Source of the DNA: Gammaproteobacteria bacterium
Lineage (GTDB): Bacteria > Pseudomonadota > Gammaproteobacteria > Steroidobacterales > Foliamicaceae
Reading direction: 5' to 3'
Assembly: GCA_963666765.1 (NCBI GenBank)
Contig: OY762933.1
Span: forward strand, 716,074-780,073
DNA: 64,000 bases
A program made the position numbers and the translations under genes. Under the pieces are notes generated by a model. It saw only the letters and a list, made by a program, of their open reading frames with translations. It did not search any database and was not told where the DNA came from. Each line of letters starts with the position of its first letter. Position 1 is the first letter of the stretch. Shown here piece after piece: positions 53,240-63,170 of the stretch.

Positions 53240-53440
53240 TTGGCTGAAATGGACGAGACATTTTTCTCCGCGTGTGAAGCCCATGTGGGAGCCGAAGACT
53301 GGGTGGTCTTTGTCGGCGACCCGGCGATGGATAAGGCACTGCACCAGGATCTTGCGTGTCTACGGCCTGCCCGGGACGCATCAGAGAAAATGGTCTCACC
53401 TACCGTTATTACTGATGTTTTCAGATTTAGAATTTTTTAG
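53240..53440 (+). pseudogene. Possible metallophosphoesterase relic
   Basis: EMDETFFSACEAHVGAEDWVVFVGD resembles the EMDEAL..W...V...D.VY.LGD segment of calcineurin-like phosphoesterases; the rest is degenerate. Confidence 0.3.
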
Positions 53441-53592
53441 CCAACGCTTTTGCCAACGCTGATGCCGGTTTCCCCATCTTCTGGCCACACGACTCAATTA
53501 ATGGAGCCTCCGCGAAACCTGGGGCGGTTCAGTTTAAGACAATCCCGGAGTCAGTCGCCTACCAGGTACAACACTCAATCTGATCGTCGTCC

Positions 53593-54210
53593 TTACGGCA
53601 GCAGCACATCCTTCACGGCCGTGTAGAACGGAACGAACCTGCCTTCCGGGTCCGGTTGCGAAAGGAGCGTTTCCAGTTCGGGTATCGAAAGGTCGATATA
53701 AGTGTGCAGAACCTCTTGCCGCCGCTTGTCGAGCTTCGGCAGATCAAGGGCAAGTCGCTTGATCGTCTGGACCGCCGCCTCGGCGGCGTCACCGGGGGCG
53801 GGACGAATCCGGCCGTCTCCCGTGAACTTGAATCGGTCCTCGCACGCGGCATCCAGAGGTGAAATCAGGAGTTGTTCGTCAAACCAACTGCCTTTGCGGG
53901 AACCACAGTGACGCGGTTCTCCCTTTACCAATTCGCGTCCGCACGAACCATGCAGGTTCGTGTAGTCGAGCTGCAGATGAGCGTAAGACTGTATGCCCTT
54001 TGGCCGGAAGTGCTCCACATGGCTGTTTTCGCGGTCAACCGAAGCTTGACAGTAGCAGCACAGGAATCCCTGTTCCTGCATAAGGGCCAAGTGAACATCC
54101 CTTTTGATTTCCGGGGGCACCCGTTTCCAACTTGGGCTGCGCGCCATTTTGTCGAGTGTCTTCCACTCGCTGAACGTGTCCGGCTCCTGTTGCTTTACGA
54201 TGTGCTTCAT
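53593..54210 (-). CDS. HNH endonuclease, PtuB/Septu-like (TIGR02646-type)
   Basis: EQGFLCCYCQ...HVEHFRPK...YTNLHGSC...CGSRK; coupled by ATGA overlap to the upstream ATPase. Confidence 0.85.
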   Translation of the reverse strand: MKHIVKQQEPDTFSEWKTLDKMARSPSWKRVPPEIKRDVHLALMQEQGFLCCYCQASVDRENSHVEHFRPKGIQSYAHLQLDYTNLHGSCGRELVKGEPRHCGSRKGSWFDEQLLISPLDAACEDRFKFTGDGRIRPAPGDAAEAAVQTIKRLALDLPKLDKRRQEVLHTYIDLSIPELETLLSQPDPEGRFVPFYTAVKDVLLP

Positions 54211-55454
54211 CGGCCGAGCACGCGCTTGCGATGGATAAGTGCGCTCGCTCGGTCCAGTTCCGGGTCGCTGCCGATTAGGCTCTGCAGCGCGTCTCGGTAG
54301 TGGGATGCCCTCTCAAGGTTGCCCTCGTCAATGGAAAGAAATAGATGTTTGAGCTGCTCGGCTATTTCGTCCGGGCGCTCCGGCACGTTCATGCTGTCCT
54401 CAAGGATCCTGCCCACCGTTTGACCGTATGCGTCGATGGGCCGGGAAGCGGTGATCCGCCTACCGGTCTGCGCCAATAGCCAGACATGTTCTACATCGAC
54501 GTGATTGATCAGTTGAGGCGAGTGGGTAGACAGGATGAATTGGGTATTGGGGAAAGTCTTGCGGAGCGACCCCGTCAGTGTTCGCTGCCAACCTGGATGG
54601 AGGTGGAGGTCGGCCTCGTCGACAAGAACCACCGCCGGGGCATCGAGCGGATGCCGCATGCTTGGATTGGCTATCGCCATCCGCCGCGCCAAGTCGCCCA
54701 CCAACGCCATCATGCATTTCTCGCCATCGGAAAGCTGGTTGACAACGAGTTGCTGGGAACCCTTCCGCACCGTCATTCTCAACGGTGCCCGCGTCACCCT
54801 GAGATCGTCGAAGCCTGGGAGGAACTTACGCAGTGCGGATCGTACGGCCTGCAATTGCGAATCGCGGTAACGTTTTCGCGCCAGACGCTTCTCGTTTTCC
54901 AGGTCCTCCCGTACCCTGAACCACTCGAAGAACACTCGAAAGCTGTTCGGCGCGCCCGAAAGCGCTTGATCATAAGCAGCCAAGCGGTCGAACTGGTGCT
55001 GTTTTCTGATCCGCAGCGGAATATCGAGCACCGCGCGGTTGACGGGATAGTAAACGGCAATGGGAAGCTGAAGCTTTTCCCCGGCCGTAAGATCCGCACG
55101 AAGCCGGGCTGCGTGCGCTCTCAGCTCCTTAAGCTGAGTGATCGATTGACCCTTGCGACCGCGCCTAGTCTTGGTCACCGTCCAACGAATTCGCTCACTG
55201 CGAAAGACCACCTCGATGTCGTTCCGTGTTTCATTCGCATCGTTGTTCACATCGAATTCTGTGAAAAACCGACCTGTACCGTGTCTTGAGTAGATTCGAC
55301 CGATAAAGCGCGACAGCAGTACAGCCGCACAGTCGAGCACCGCAGACTTGCCCGCGCCGTTTGCGCCGGCAAGGATGTTCACGTGGTCTCCGAAGGTTAG
55401 TTTGAGATCGCGGATGCCGCGAAAGTTACGGATGCGTAGCGCGTCGACGTTCAT
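54207..55454 (-). CDS. ABC-type AAA ATPase, PtuA/Septu-like
   Basis: IRNFRGI, GANGAGKS, QLSDGEK, VDEADLHLHPGWQ, STHSP. Confidence 0.85.
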   Translation of the reverse strand: MNVDALRIRNFRGIRDLKLTFGDHVNILAGANGAGKSAVLDCAAVLLSRFIGRIYSRHGTGRFFTEFDVNNDANETRNDIEVVFRSERIRWTVTKTRRGRKGQSITQLKELRAHAARLRADLTAGEKLQLPIAVYYPVNRAVLDIPLRIRKQHQFDRLAAYDQALSGAPNSFRVFFEWFRVREDLENEKRLARKRYRDSQLQAVRSALRKFLPGFDDLRVTRAPLRMTVRKGSQQLVVNQLSDGEKCMMALVGDLARRMAIANPSMRHPLDAPAVVLVDEADLHLHPGWQRTLTGSLRKTFPNTQFILSTHSPQLINHVDVEHVWLLAQTGRRITASRPIDAYGQTVGRILEDSMNVPERPDEIAEQLKHLFLSIDEGNLERASHYRDALQSLIGSDPELDRASALIHRKRVLGR

Positions 55455-55762
55455 TAGTCCAACTCCATACTCAAGGCGAAACGCCACACTTGCCGATCCC
55501 TTTTGGGCCTGATGCGCCGAAATGCAGCCTTGCGACTGACGAGTTACAGAAAACGTTCATCATCGATGCCGCCCCACCTAAACTCGATTCCTGCTTGGCT
55601 GACACAATACACTACAATTCTGCTGGTTCGGCGTTATCAGTTACATCGCTCATGCGTTCGCCAGCGTGAACCGACCAAACCCAGCCTCCACTCAATGTAT
55701 CAGGTAATTTTCCCTCTGCTAGGCAATACTAAGGCACCTCGCTAGGCCACCTCTGCATCACT

Positions 55763-55900
55763 TGGACTGACCCTCTGAGGTTGGACAACCTTGCGGCGAG
55801 AATGAGCCACTATGCTTGCCGGGCCAGGAGGACATGACCGTGGCCCGTCGACATCGAAGCTATAGTCTTGAGTTCAAGCGCTAGGTGGCAACATTAGGTG
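55763..55900 (+). pseudogene. IS3-family left end and transposase 5' relic
   Basis: TG-start end TGGACTGACCCTCTGAGGTTGGACA, RBS, then MTVARRHRSYSLEFKR* (TAG where CAG is expected). Confidence 0.5.
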
Positions 55901-56403
55901 GAATACGCAATGGTGTGCTAGCTCTGCCGCCATCTGGTCTAGCCGTAATATTTCACGAGCGCGGTGCGAGCGCGAGGAAGACGGGTTGGTTTAGCGTTTT
56001 TGGGTGTTGCGGGTGCCGGGGCGGTTGTGAGCGGCTTGTTCGAGGCGCCTTGTTGCGAGCTTTGTCGCCGGGATGAGGCGATTCTGAGAGGTGGACCCCA
56101 ATCCTTGGACAGGTTGGCAGCCAGTTTAAGGTGGAATCTGCTGTTCATCAGATGCTGCCAAGTTGATCAGTATACGTCTGCTCTTTTGTCAAAAGAGTTT
56201 GTCGTTGACGCTGTGGAATTTGTGGGCGAGAGGCTCGCGAGTGGGGGCAGGCGGTGGTCAACACCTGGGTGTTGTCCACGGGCTGTCCCCGCGTCCCGCA
56301 GGGCGCGGGCCGGTCCGAAGGACTCGTCCACAAAATCCACAGCGCCGGGCGTGGCGATGGTTGAGCAATCCGCCTGAGAGCTGCCGTTCATGCCATCATT
56401 TGA

Positions 56404-57252
56404 CTATGCTGCCCGATCCAGGCGTTGGACACCGGCATGCGCCTCTGCCGGTGTCCGCCCGCCGAACGCGGAGTGCGGGCGTACTTCGTTGTAATACCTC
56501 AGCCAGGTCCCGACCCCGTCGCGGGCCTCACGAAAATCGGCAAACGCCTGCAGGTAGACGCACTCATACTTCAGCGAGCGCCACAGCCGCTCGATGAACA
56601 CGTTGTCGCTCCACTGGCCCTTGCCGTCCATGGAGATGCGGATGCCGTGGGCGCTTAACTCTCCGGTCCATGCCGTAGAAGTGAACTGGCTGCCCTGGTC
56701 GGTGTTGAACACCTCCGGCGGTCCGTAACACTCGATGGCCTCGGCCAGCGCATGCACGCAAAACACCGTGTCCTGGGTCGTGGACAGCGCCCAGGACAGC
56801 ACCTTGCGCGAATACCAGTCCATGATCGCCACCAAGTATAAAAATCCATGCGCCATCGGCAGATACGTCAGATCGGCACACCACACCTGGTTGGGCCAGC
56901 GCACGGCCAGATCGCGCAGCAGATACGGATACACCCGATGTCCCGGCGCCCGCCGCGAGGTGTTCGGCCGCGGCGCCACCGAGCGCAATCCCATCACCCG
57001 CATCAATCGCCGAACCCGCTTGCGGCCCACCCGGTGGCCACCGCGACGCAGCGCACGGGTCATCTGCCGAGAGCCATACCACGGACAGTCCAAATACAAC
57101 GCGTCCATCACCCGCATCAGCCGAAGGTTCTCCTCCGACTCGCCCGACGGGCGGTAGTAAAAGCTCGAGCGGGCGATGCCCACCAAAGCGCACTGGCGCA
57201 CCACACTGAGCCGGTCGTCTTGCGAATCGATCAAACCTCGCCTCCGATCCAC
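56404..57252 (-). CDS. IS3 transposase OrfB (DDE)
   Basis: WCADLTY, FNTDQGSQFTS, DNVFIERLWRSLKYE. Confidence 0.92.
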   Translation of the reverse strand: MDRRRGLIDSQDDRLSVVRQCALVGIARSSFYYRPSGESEENLRLMRVMDALYLDCPWYGSRQMTRALRRGGHRVGRKRVRRLMRVMGLRSVAPRPNTSRRAPGHRVYPYLLRDLAVRWPNQVWCADLTYLPMAHGFLYLVAIMDWYSRKVLSWALSTTQDTVFCVHALAEAIECYGPPEVFNTDQGSQFTSTAWTGELSAHGIRISMDGKGQWSDNVFIERLWRSLKYECVYLQAFADFREARDGVGTWLRYYNEVRPHSAFGGRTPAEAHAGVQRLDRAA

Positions 57253-57254
57253 GC

Positions 57255-57536
57255 TCAGCGATCGAAGGCCTTGGCTAAAAAATCCCGCTCCACCACCAGC
57301 TCGCCAATCTTCGCCTGAAGCCGTGTGATCTCCTCCTCGTGGCCCCGATCCGTTCGATTGACGCCCCGAGTAAACGTCGTCTTCAGTCCCTCAAGCGCCG
57401 TGCGCTTCCAGTTGCCAATCACGTTCGGGTGCACCTGGTAACGGGCCGCCAGTTCGGCAATCGTGCCGTCCCCGCGGATCGCCGCCAAAGCCACCCTCGC
57501 CTTGAAGTCCGGTGAAAAATTGCGTCGCTTCGCCAT
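57255..57536 (-). CDS. IS3 transposase OrfA (HTH)
   Basis: RRNFSPDFKARVAL...ELAARYQVHPN; a GATTTTTTA run near the end is a candidate -1 frameshift site. Confidence 0.9.
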   Translation of the reverse strand: MAKRRNFSPDFKARVALAAIRGDGTIAELAARYQVHPNVIGNWKRTALEGLKTTFTRGVNRTDRGHEEEITRLQAKIGELVVERDFLAKAFDR

Positions 57537-57676
57537 CGTCGTATGGTCCTCTCATCAGCGCAAATCCCACCTTACAACCCTGTCCGAATTTTGGGGTCCA
57601 CTTCTCTGCGGCCTTGGGGCGAGCGGATCCGGGGGCTTGAGGTGAGCCCGGGCGGTAAGGTGAGGTCGAGGCGGCG

Positions 57677-58990
57677 TTATGCGGGCTTGAGCCGGGCGGC
57701 GGCGATGAAGAACAGGTCCTGGTGCGGATGGGCGCTGGACAACAGCAACTGCACGCGCCGGGTGTTGCGCAGCACCACGGCGCCGATCTTCAGCAGCTTC
57801 AGCCGGATGGCGCCGACATACGCTCGGGCCAGTTCGGTGCCGGCCAGTGCGACCCGTCGGATGGTGTTGAGCAGCACGTAGGCGAACGCCGAGAGCAGCA
57901 CCCGGTATTGGTTGGGCCACCAGGCGTGGCAGCTGGTGCGGTCGGCGAACAGGTGCAGTTGCTGCTCTTTTATCCGATTCTCCATGTCGCCGCGAGCGCA
58001 ATATACGGCATCGTAGAGATGCTGCGGTGATCCAGTCAGGTGGGTGACGACATAGCGCGGGTTGGATCCGCGGGCCGTATGCTCGGCCTTGACTATGACC
58101 CGGCGGAGCCGGTCCCAACTGCCGGCAGCATAGGCAATCTCATCGAACAGACGCTGCTTGTTGCCGCTGTGCTCGAACGCCTCTCTGGCCTGGATCAACA
58201 AAGGCTGAGCAAGTGCGTTCAGCCGCTTGTTGCGCGCGATCCCGACGATGTAATCGACATCATGACGCTCGCACCATCGCAACATTCGCCAGCGGCAAAA
58301 CCCGCTGTCGCCGCGGAACGTGATCTTGACCTTCGGCCACGTCTTGCGCAGCCGCTTCACCAACAGCGCCAGGATGGCCCAGGCGTGCTTGGCCCCGTCG
58401 ATCTTGCTCTCCCGCAAGTAGCTCACCAATAACCGGTCGCCACAAAACACATACAAGGGCAAAAAGCAGTAGTGATCGTAATAGCCGTGATAGAAGCGGC
58501 CCACCTGCTGCCCATGCACCCGGTCATCGGTGGCGTCAAAATCCAGGATCAAACGCCGAGGGGGACGCTTATACGATGCGATGAACTGCTCGACCAGAAC
58601 CTCGTGCAATCGAACCGCCTCGGCGCGCCCGGCACGGTGCTCAAAACGGCACAGGGTCGAGGCGCTGGCCAGCGCCCGATCTTTCTCTACCGCCGTCTGC
58701 AACTCCAGGTCCCCGCGCAGCTCGTCGTGGTCGTTTAAGTCCTCGTAACCCAATGCCAGGCCATAAACCCGCTGGCGAACGATCGACACGGCATCGTGGA
58801 CGCAACTGGCCTGGCGACGTGAATCGGTCAGCGACTTCGCCACCCGCTGGGTTAATCCCAACCGCCGGTCAGCCTCTCTCAGCAGTAAAACGCCACCGTT
58901 GGAGGTGATGGCGCCGCCGGAAAAACGCGCCTCGACACAGCGTCCCTTGCAGCGTGGAAACGGCAGCGACTCCTGGATACAATCCGTCAT
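57677..58990 (-). CDS. IS1380-family transposase
   Basis: ITSNGG, GYEDLNDHD, LDFDATDD, RGDSGF, RGDMENRIKE. Confidence 0.93.
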   Translation of the reverse strand: MTDCIQESLPFPRCKGRCVEARFSGGAITSNGGVLLLREADRRLGLTQRVAKSLTDSRRQASCVHDAVSIVRQRVYGLALGYEDLNDHDELRGDLELQTAVEKDRALASASTLCRFEHRAGRAEAVRLHEVLVEQFIASYKRPPRRLILDFDATDDRVHGQQVGRFYHGYYDHYCFLPLYVFCGDRLLVSYLRESKIDGAKHAWAILALLVKRLRKTWPKVKITFRGDSGFCRWRMLRWCERHDVDYIVGIARNKRLNALAQPLLIQAREAFEHSGNKQRLFDEIAYAAGSWDRLRRVIVKAEHTARGSNPRYVVTHLTGSPQHLYDAVYCARGDMENRIKEQQLHLFADRTSCHAWWPNQYRVLLSAFAYVLLNTIRRVALAGTELARAYVGAIRLKLLKIGAVVLRNTRRVQLLLSSAHPHQDLFFIAAARLKPA

Positions 58991-59387
58991 GGGCTAAGCC
59001 TCTTTCGATAAGCGTTTAACGCACTGAATTTTATCGAATACCTAAGGCTTTGCCCCCTTTACTCATGCATTATCCGGGCTAGTCCATGGTCCCAACTTTG
59101 GGTGGGCGACTCTTATGGTAAGCAGACTCCGATGGAAAGCCGAACACCTTTCGGCAGGTATTGTGCCTCAAGGGCTATTGGATGGGTTGCCTCGATCGTG
59201 TGCGATCGGTGCCGAAGAGTGGGAAGAGAGGCAAAAGCGCGTGGGGCGTTCGGGGGCCTGTGCAGCGATGATGCATTGTCGTCTCTGCCTTGCGTACAGC
59301 ACGCCCAGCATGGTTGCACTGCATTGCTTCGGTTAACATCAAACCGCATTTGTACTTTGCGATGGACGATCAGGTTGCGGAAATAGA

Positions 59388-59921
59388 GTGGACCTTGCAC
59401 CAATGCTCAATCTAGGCTCTATTCTTGGGGTATTGGGCGCTATCGTAGTGGCCGTCACGGCGTTCTTTGCAGTTCGGCGCTTTCTGCATTGGTTTCGCCC
59501 AGTTCGGATCCGTCCCAGTGTGCGCATTGTTTTCGATCGTTCCGGCCCCGATCAGGTGCTCGCGACCGTCACGAATATCAGTGGTGAGGATCAAGTCTTA
59601 GTTGAGTGCAAAGCATTGAGCGCGTACACGATTAGGACAGCGTTGCTGAAGCACATAAGGCATCCGTTCGTCCCACCACGGCTGTACCCCACTATCTGGC
59701 GTTCAGCTGTTTGCTTTGGTCTCATGGGAGATGAACCAATCCGTATCGCGCCGAAAGAACGAGTGCAGCTATCGCATTCGCTTTCGGACCATCGGCTTTC
59801 CGTGTTTTTGACACCGAAACTTCAGGTAGAGGCGGAGTTGTCTGATGGACGGCTGTTTCGGAGCAAGAGAATCGACGTTCCTAAGAGGTGGAGGCTACGT
59901 TCCACACGCCAGGTCACCTGA
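59388..59921 (+). CDS. Hypothetical protein with N-terminal TM helix
   Basis: 177-aa ORF with one hydrophobic segment; no recognisable family. Confidence 0.55.
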   Translation: MDLAPMLNLGSILGVLGAIVVAVTAFFAVRRFLHWFRPVRIRPSVRIVFDRSGPDQVLATVTNISGEDQVLVECKALSAYTIRTALLKHIRHPFVPPRLYPTIWRSAVCFGLMGDEPIRIAPKERVQLSHSLSDHRLSVFLTPKLQVEAELSDGRLFRSKRIDVPKRWRLRSTRQVT

Positions 59922-59942
59922 ATACTGCGTCAGTTACGAGGC

Positions 59943-60026
59943 GTTCGCGTCTCCAGTAACTGGCGCGTGGTGTTCCGCTTCTACGACGCCGAAGCTGTGG
60001 ACGTGGACCTGATTGACTATCACTAA
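59943..60026 (+). pseudogene. 3' remnant of a HigB toxin
   Basis: VRVSSNWRVVFRFYDAEAVDVDLIDYH* is the typical HigB C-terminus; in-frame stop at 59919-59921 and no start codon. Confidence 0.75.
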
Positions 60027-60045
60027 CCGACAGGGAGTGCTGACC

Positions 60046-60360
60046 ATGAACGACATAACGAATGACCGTGCCGGTCCAATGCGGAACCCGCCGCACCTGG
60101 GCGAACTGATCCGCGAGAACATGGACGAGGTGGGCTGGAACGTGATGGAAACGGCGACGCGCCTCGGCTGCGAGCGCGGAACGCTGTCGCGCCTGCTAAA
60201 TGGCAAGGCGGGTGTGTCAGCGACCATGGCGCTGGCGTTGGAGGACATCGGCTGGGGCACGGCCGACCACTGGATGCGGATGCAGGCCAGCTATGAGCTG
60301 GCCCGAGCGCGCCGGATTCGGGGCAAAACCGAACGGCACGCGAGCGCAGTGCACGCATGA
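60046..60360 (+). CDS. higA: HigA-family antitoxin (HTH)
   Basis: MRNPPHLGELIRE...LSRLLNGKAGVSATMALAL...WMRMQASYEL. Confidence 0.88.
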   Translation: MNDITNDRAGPMRNPPHLGELIRENMDEVGWNVMETATRLGCERGTLSRLLNGKAGVSATMALALEDIGWGTADHWMRMQASYELARARRIRGKTERHASAVHA

Positions 60361-60398
60361 TCCCGTCTCGCGCTGAGTAAGACAAGCAACGCGACCTG

Positions 60399-63170
60399 AT
60401 GCGGCTTTCCTGGAATGAAGTCCGGGTCCGTGCGGCCACATTCGCCGAAGAATGGAGCAACGCGGTTCGCGAAACAAGCGAAACGCACAGCTTCTACAAC
60501 GCCTTCTTCCGGGTGTTCGGCGTGGAGCGCCGCTCGGTGGCGCGCTATGAGGAACATGTAGCGAAACTCGACAACAGCTCCGGCTTCATCGACCTTTTCT
60601 GGCCCGGTGTTCTCATCGTCGAGCAGAAGAGCGCCGGCCGCGATCTCAAGAAAGCTTACGGACAAGCCGGCGAATATTTCGACGCGCTAAAGGAACGCGA
60701 CCGTCCCCGCTACATTCTGGTCAGCGACTTCCGGACCTTCGAGTTGCACGACCTGGACGAGCGCACAGAGGTCCGCTTCAGCCTCAAGGATCTTCCCGCC
60801 CATGTGGAGCATTTCGGCTTCATCCTCGGCGTGCAGAAGCGCACCTTCCGCGACCAGGACCCCGCCAACATCAAGGCTGCGGAACTGGTTGGACGGCTGC
60901 ACGACGCGCTCCACGCCGCCAACTACCGTGGGCATGACCTTGAGCGCTTCCTAGTGCGCATCGTGTTCTGCCTGTTCGCCGACGACACCGGCATCTTCGA
61001 ACCGCGTGACATCTTCCTGGAATTTATCGAAACCCGTACCAGCGAGGACGGCGCAGACCTGGGGCCGTGGCTCCGGCAAGTGTTCGAGGTGCTGAACACG
61101 CCCGAAGAGGAGCGCAGCCCACTACTTGACGAGGATTTGGTGCGTTTGCCTTACGTCAACGGCGACCTGTTCCGCGAACACTTGCGCACGCCGTCCTTTA
61201 ACGCTTCCATGCGCGAAGTGCTGCTGGATGTTTGCCGCTTCGATTGGTCGAACATCTCGCCGGCCATATTTGGGGCGCTGTTCCAGTCCGTTATGGAACC
61301 TGCGGAGCGCCGCGCCCAGGGCGCGCACTACACGACTGAAAAGAACATCCTCAAGGTGATCGAGCCGCTATTTATGGACGATCTTCGGCTCGAATTCGCT
61401 CGCCTCAAGTCCCGCAAGGATAGCCGCCGCCGCGTCGACCTTCAGCACTTTCAGGAGAAGTTGGGCCGGATGCGCTTCTTCGACCCCGCCTGTGGTTGCG
61501 GCAACTTTCTCATCATTGCATACCGTGAACTGCGCCTGCTGGAACTGGAAGTGATCCGCGAAGTACGAACCGCGGCCGGCACGCTTGGTCAAGAAGAACT
61601 GGACGCCGCCACGCTGTCTTTGATCAACGTGGATCAGTTCTACGGCATCGAACTCAGCGAGTTTCCGGCGCGCATCGCGGAAACCGCAATGTGGATGATG
61701 GACCACATCATGAACAACGGGTTGAGCCTGGAATTCGGCCAGACCTATGCGCGCATCCCGCTGGAAACATCGCCGCAAATCGTGCATGGCGAGGCGCTTG
61801 AAATGGATTGGCGAGAAGTCCTTCCACCCGAAGAGTGCTCGTTCGTGTTCGGCAATCCCCCGTTCATTGGTGCGAAGTTTCAGTCACCGGAACAACGCAC
61901 CCAAGTGCGCCAGATCGCGGCGCTCGGCAAGAGCGGCGGAACGCTCGACTACGTGACCGCCTGGTTTATCAAGGCAGGCGAGTACATACGGGATGGCTCC
62001 GCCCGTATCGGCTTCGTCGCCACCAACTCGATTACCCAGGGCGAGCAGGTGGCGCAACTCTGGCCGATTCTGTTCGACCGCTGCAAGCTGAAAATCTCCT
62101 TCGCCCACCGCACCTTCGCCTGGGGGTCGGACGCACGGGGCATGGCGCATGTGCATGTAGCGATTCTGGGCTTAGACCGGCGTGATCGTGCGGGCGCGGA
62201 GAAACGATTATTCAGCTATCCCGACATCCGGGGCGAGCCCGAGGAATCACGACACACAGTTCTATCGCCATATCTCTTCGATGCCTCCGGATTGACCGAC
62301 CCGCATCTGACCGTGCGCGGGGAAAGCCAGCCGATCAACAGCATGCCGAAACTGATTATCGGTTCCAAACCTATTGACGGCGGCCATTACATCTTCAACG
62401 CGGAAGAAAGGAAGGCCTTTCTTGAGAAGGAGCCCGACGCCTCGCCTTTTCTGCGGCCGTTCGTAGGAGCGCGCGAGTACCTGCAAGGCGGAGAACGCTG
62501 GATTTTTGCGTTGCACGACGCGCCGCCGAACACACTTGCCGAATTGCCGCTTGTGCGTGAACGGATTGCCGCCGTTCGTGCCTACAGACAAGCCAGCAAG
62601 AGCAAACCCACAATCAAGCTGGCCGAAACCCCGACGCTCTATCACGTGAACGTGCTACCCGCTGAATCGTTCCTGGTGATTCCTGAAGTCAGTTCGGAAC
62701 GGCGGGAATACGTGCCTCTCGGCTGGCTTGAGCCACCCGTGATTCCAAGTAATCTCGTGCGCGTGCTTGAAAATGCAACGCTGGCGGATTTCGCGCTGCT
62801 GACGTCTTCCATGCACATGGCGTGGTTGCGCCACGTCGGCGGACGGTTGGAGAGCCGGTACCGTTACTCCATCGGTCTCGTTTACAACACCTTTCCAACC
62901 ACGCTCGGCTTCCGATGCGATGAAACGGATTTATCGCATTTGGAGGTGCATGCTCAAGCGGTGCTCGACGCCCGGGCCGAATGGCCCACTTCCACGCTCG
63001 CCAATCTCTATGACCCGGATCTGACACCGCCTAACCTGCGCCGCGCCCACCAAGCACTGGACCGCGCCGTGGACCGCCTCTACCGCCGCGCACCCTTCAC
63101 CTCCGAACGCGACCGCATCGAACATCTGTTCACCCTCTACGAAAAGTTCGTCCGCACCTCTACAAGCTGA
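60399..63170 (+). CDS. MmeI-like Type IIL restriction-modification enzyme, 923 aa
   Basis: IDLFWPGVLIVEQKS nuclease, GAHYT, FDPACGCGNF, GNPPF, GGRLESRYRYS, LYDPDLTPPNL..AH..LD.AVD. Confidence 0.92.
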   Translation: MRLSWNEVRVRAATFAEEWSNAVRETSETHSFYNAFFRVFGVERRSVARYEEHVAKLDNSSGFIDLFWPGVLIVEQKSAGRDLKKAYGQAGEYFDALKERDRPRYILVSDFRTFELHDLDERTEVRFSLKDLPAHVEHFGFILGVQKRTFRDQDPANIKAAELVGRLHDALHAANYRGHDLERFLVRIVFCLFADDTGIFEPRDIFLEFIETRTSEDGADLGPWLRQVFEVLNTPEEERSPLLDEDLVRLPYVNGDLFREHLRTPSFNASMREVLLDVCRFDWSNISPAIFGALFQSVMEPAERRAQGAHYTTEKNILKVIEPLFMDDLRLEFARLKSRKDSRRRVDLQHFQEKLGRMRFFDPACGCGNFLIIAYRELRLLELEVIREVRTAAGTLGQEELDAATLSLINVDQFYGIELSEFPARIAETAMWMMDHIMNNGLSLEFGQTYARIPLETSPQIVHGEALEMDWREVLPPEECSFVFGNPPFIGAKFQSPEQRTQVRQIAALGKSGGTLDYVTAWFIKAGEYIRDGSARIGFVATNSITQGEQVAQLWPILFDRCKLKISFAHRTFAWGSDARGMAHVHVAILGLDRRDRAGAEKRLFSYPDIRGEPEESRHTVLSPYLFDASGLTDPHLTVRGESQPINSMPKLIIGSKPIDGGHYIFNAEERKAFLEKEPDASPFLRPFVGAREYLQGGERWIFALHDAPPNTLAELPLVRERIAAVRAYRQASKSKPTIKLAETPTLYHVNVLPAESFLVIPEVSSERREYVPLGWLEPPVIPSNLVRVLENATLADFALLTSSMHMAWLRHVGGRLESRYRYSIGLVYNTFPTTLGFRCDETDLSHLEVHAQAVLDARAEWPTSTLANLYDPDLTPPNLRRAHQALDRAVDRLYRRAPFTSERDRIEHLFTLYEKFVRTSTS

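Larger units (their letters stand above)
56085..57607 (-). mobile_element. IS3-family insertion sequence
   Basis: 27-bp imperfect IRs GAGAGGTGGACCCCAATCCTTGGACAG / CTGTCCGAATTTTGGGGTCCACTTCTC; orfA plus orfB. Confidence 0.88.
55943..59078 (-). mobile_element. IS1380-family element carrying a nested IS3
   Basis: Imperfect 17-bp IRs (11/17), CTAG at 55939-55942 and 59079-59082; ~1.6 kb once the nested IS3 is removed. Confidence 0.75.

Noticed and set aside
53593-55760. Retron (type I-A) suggested by the PtuAB-like pair
   Set aside because: No reverse transcriptase (no YADD-type motif) and no convincing msr-msd inverted repeats upstream.
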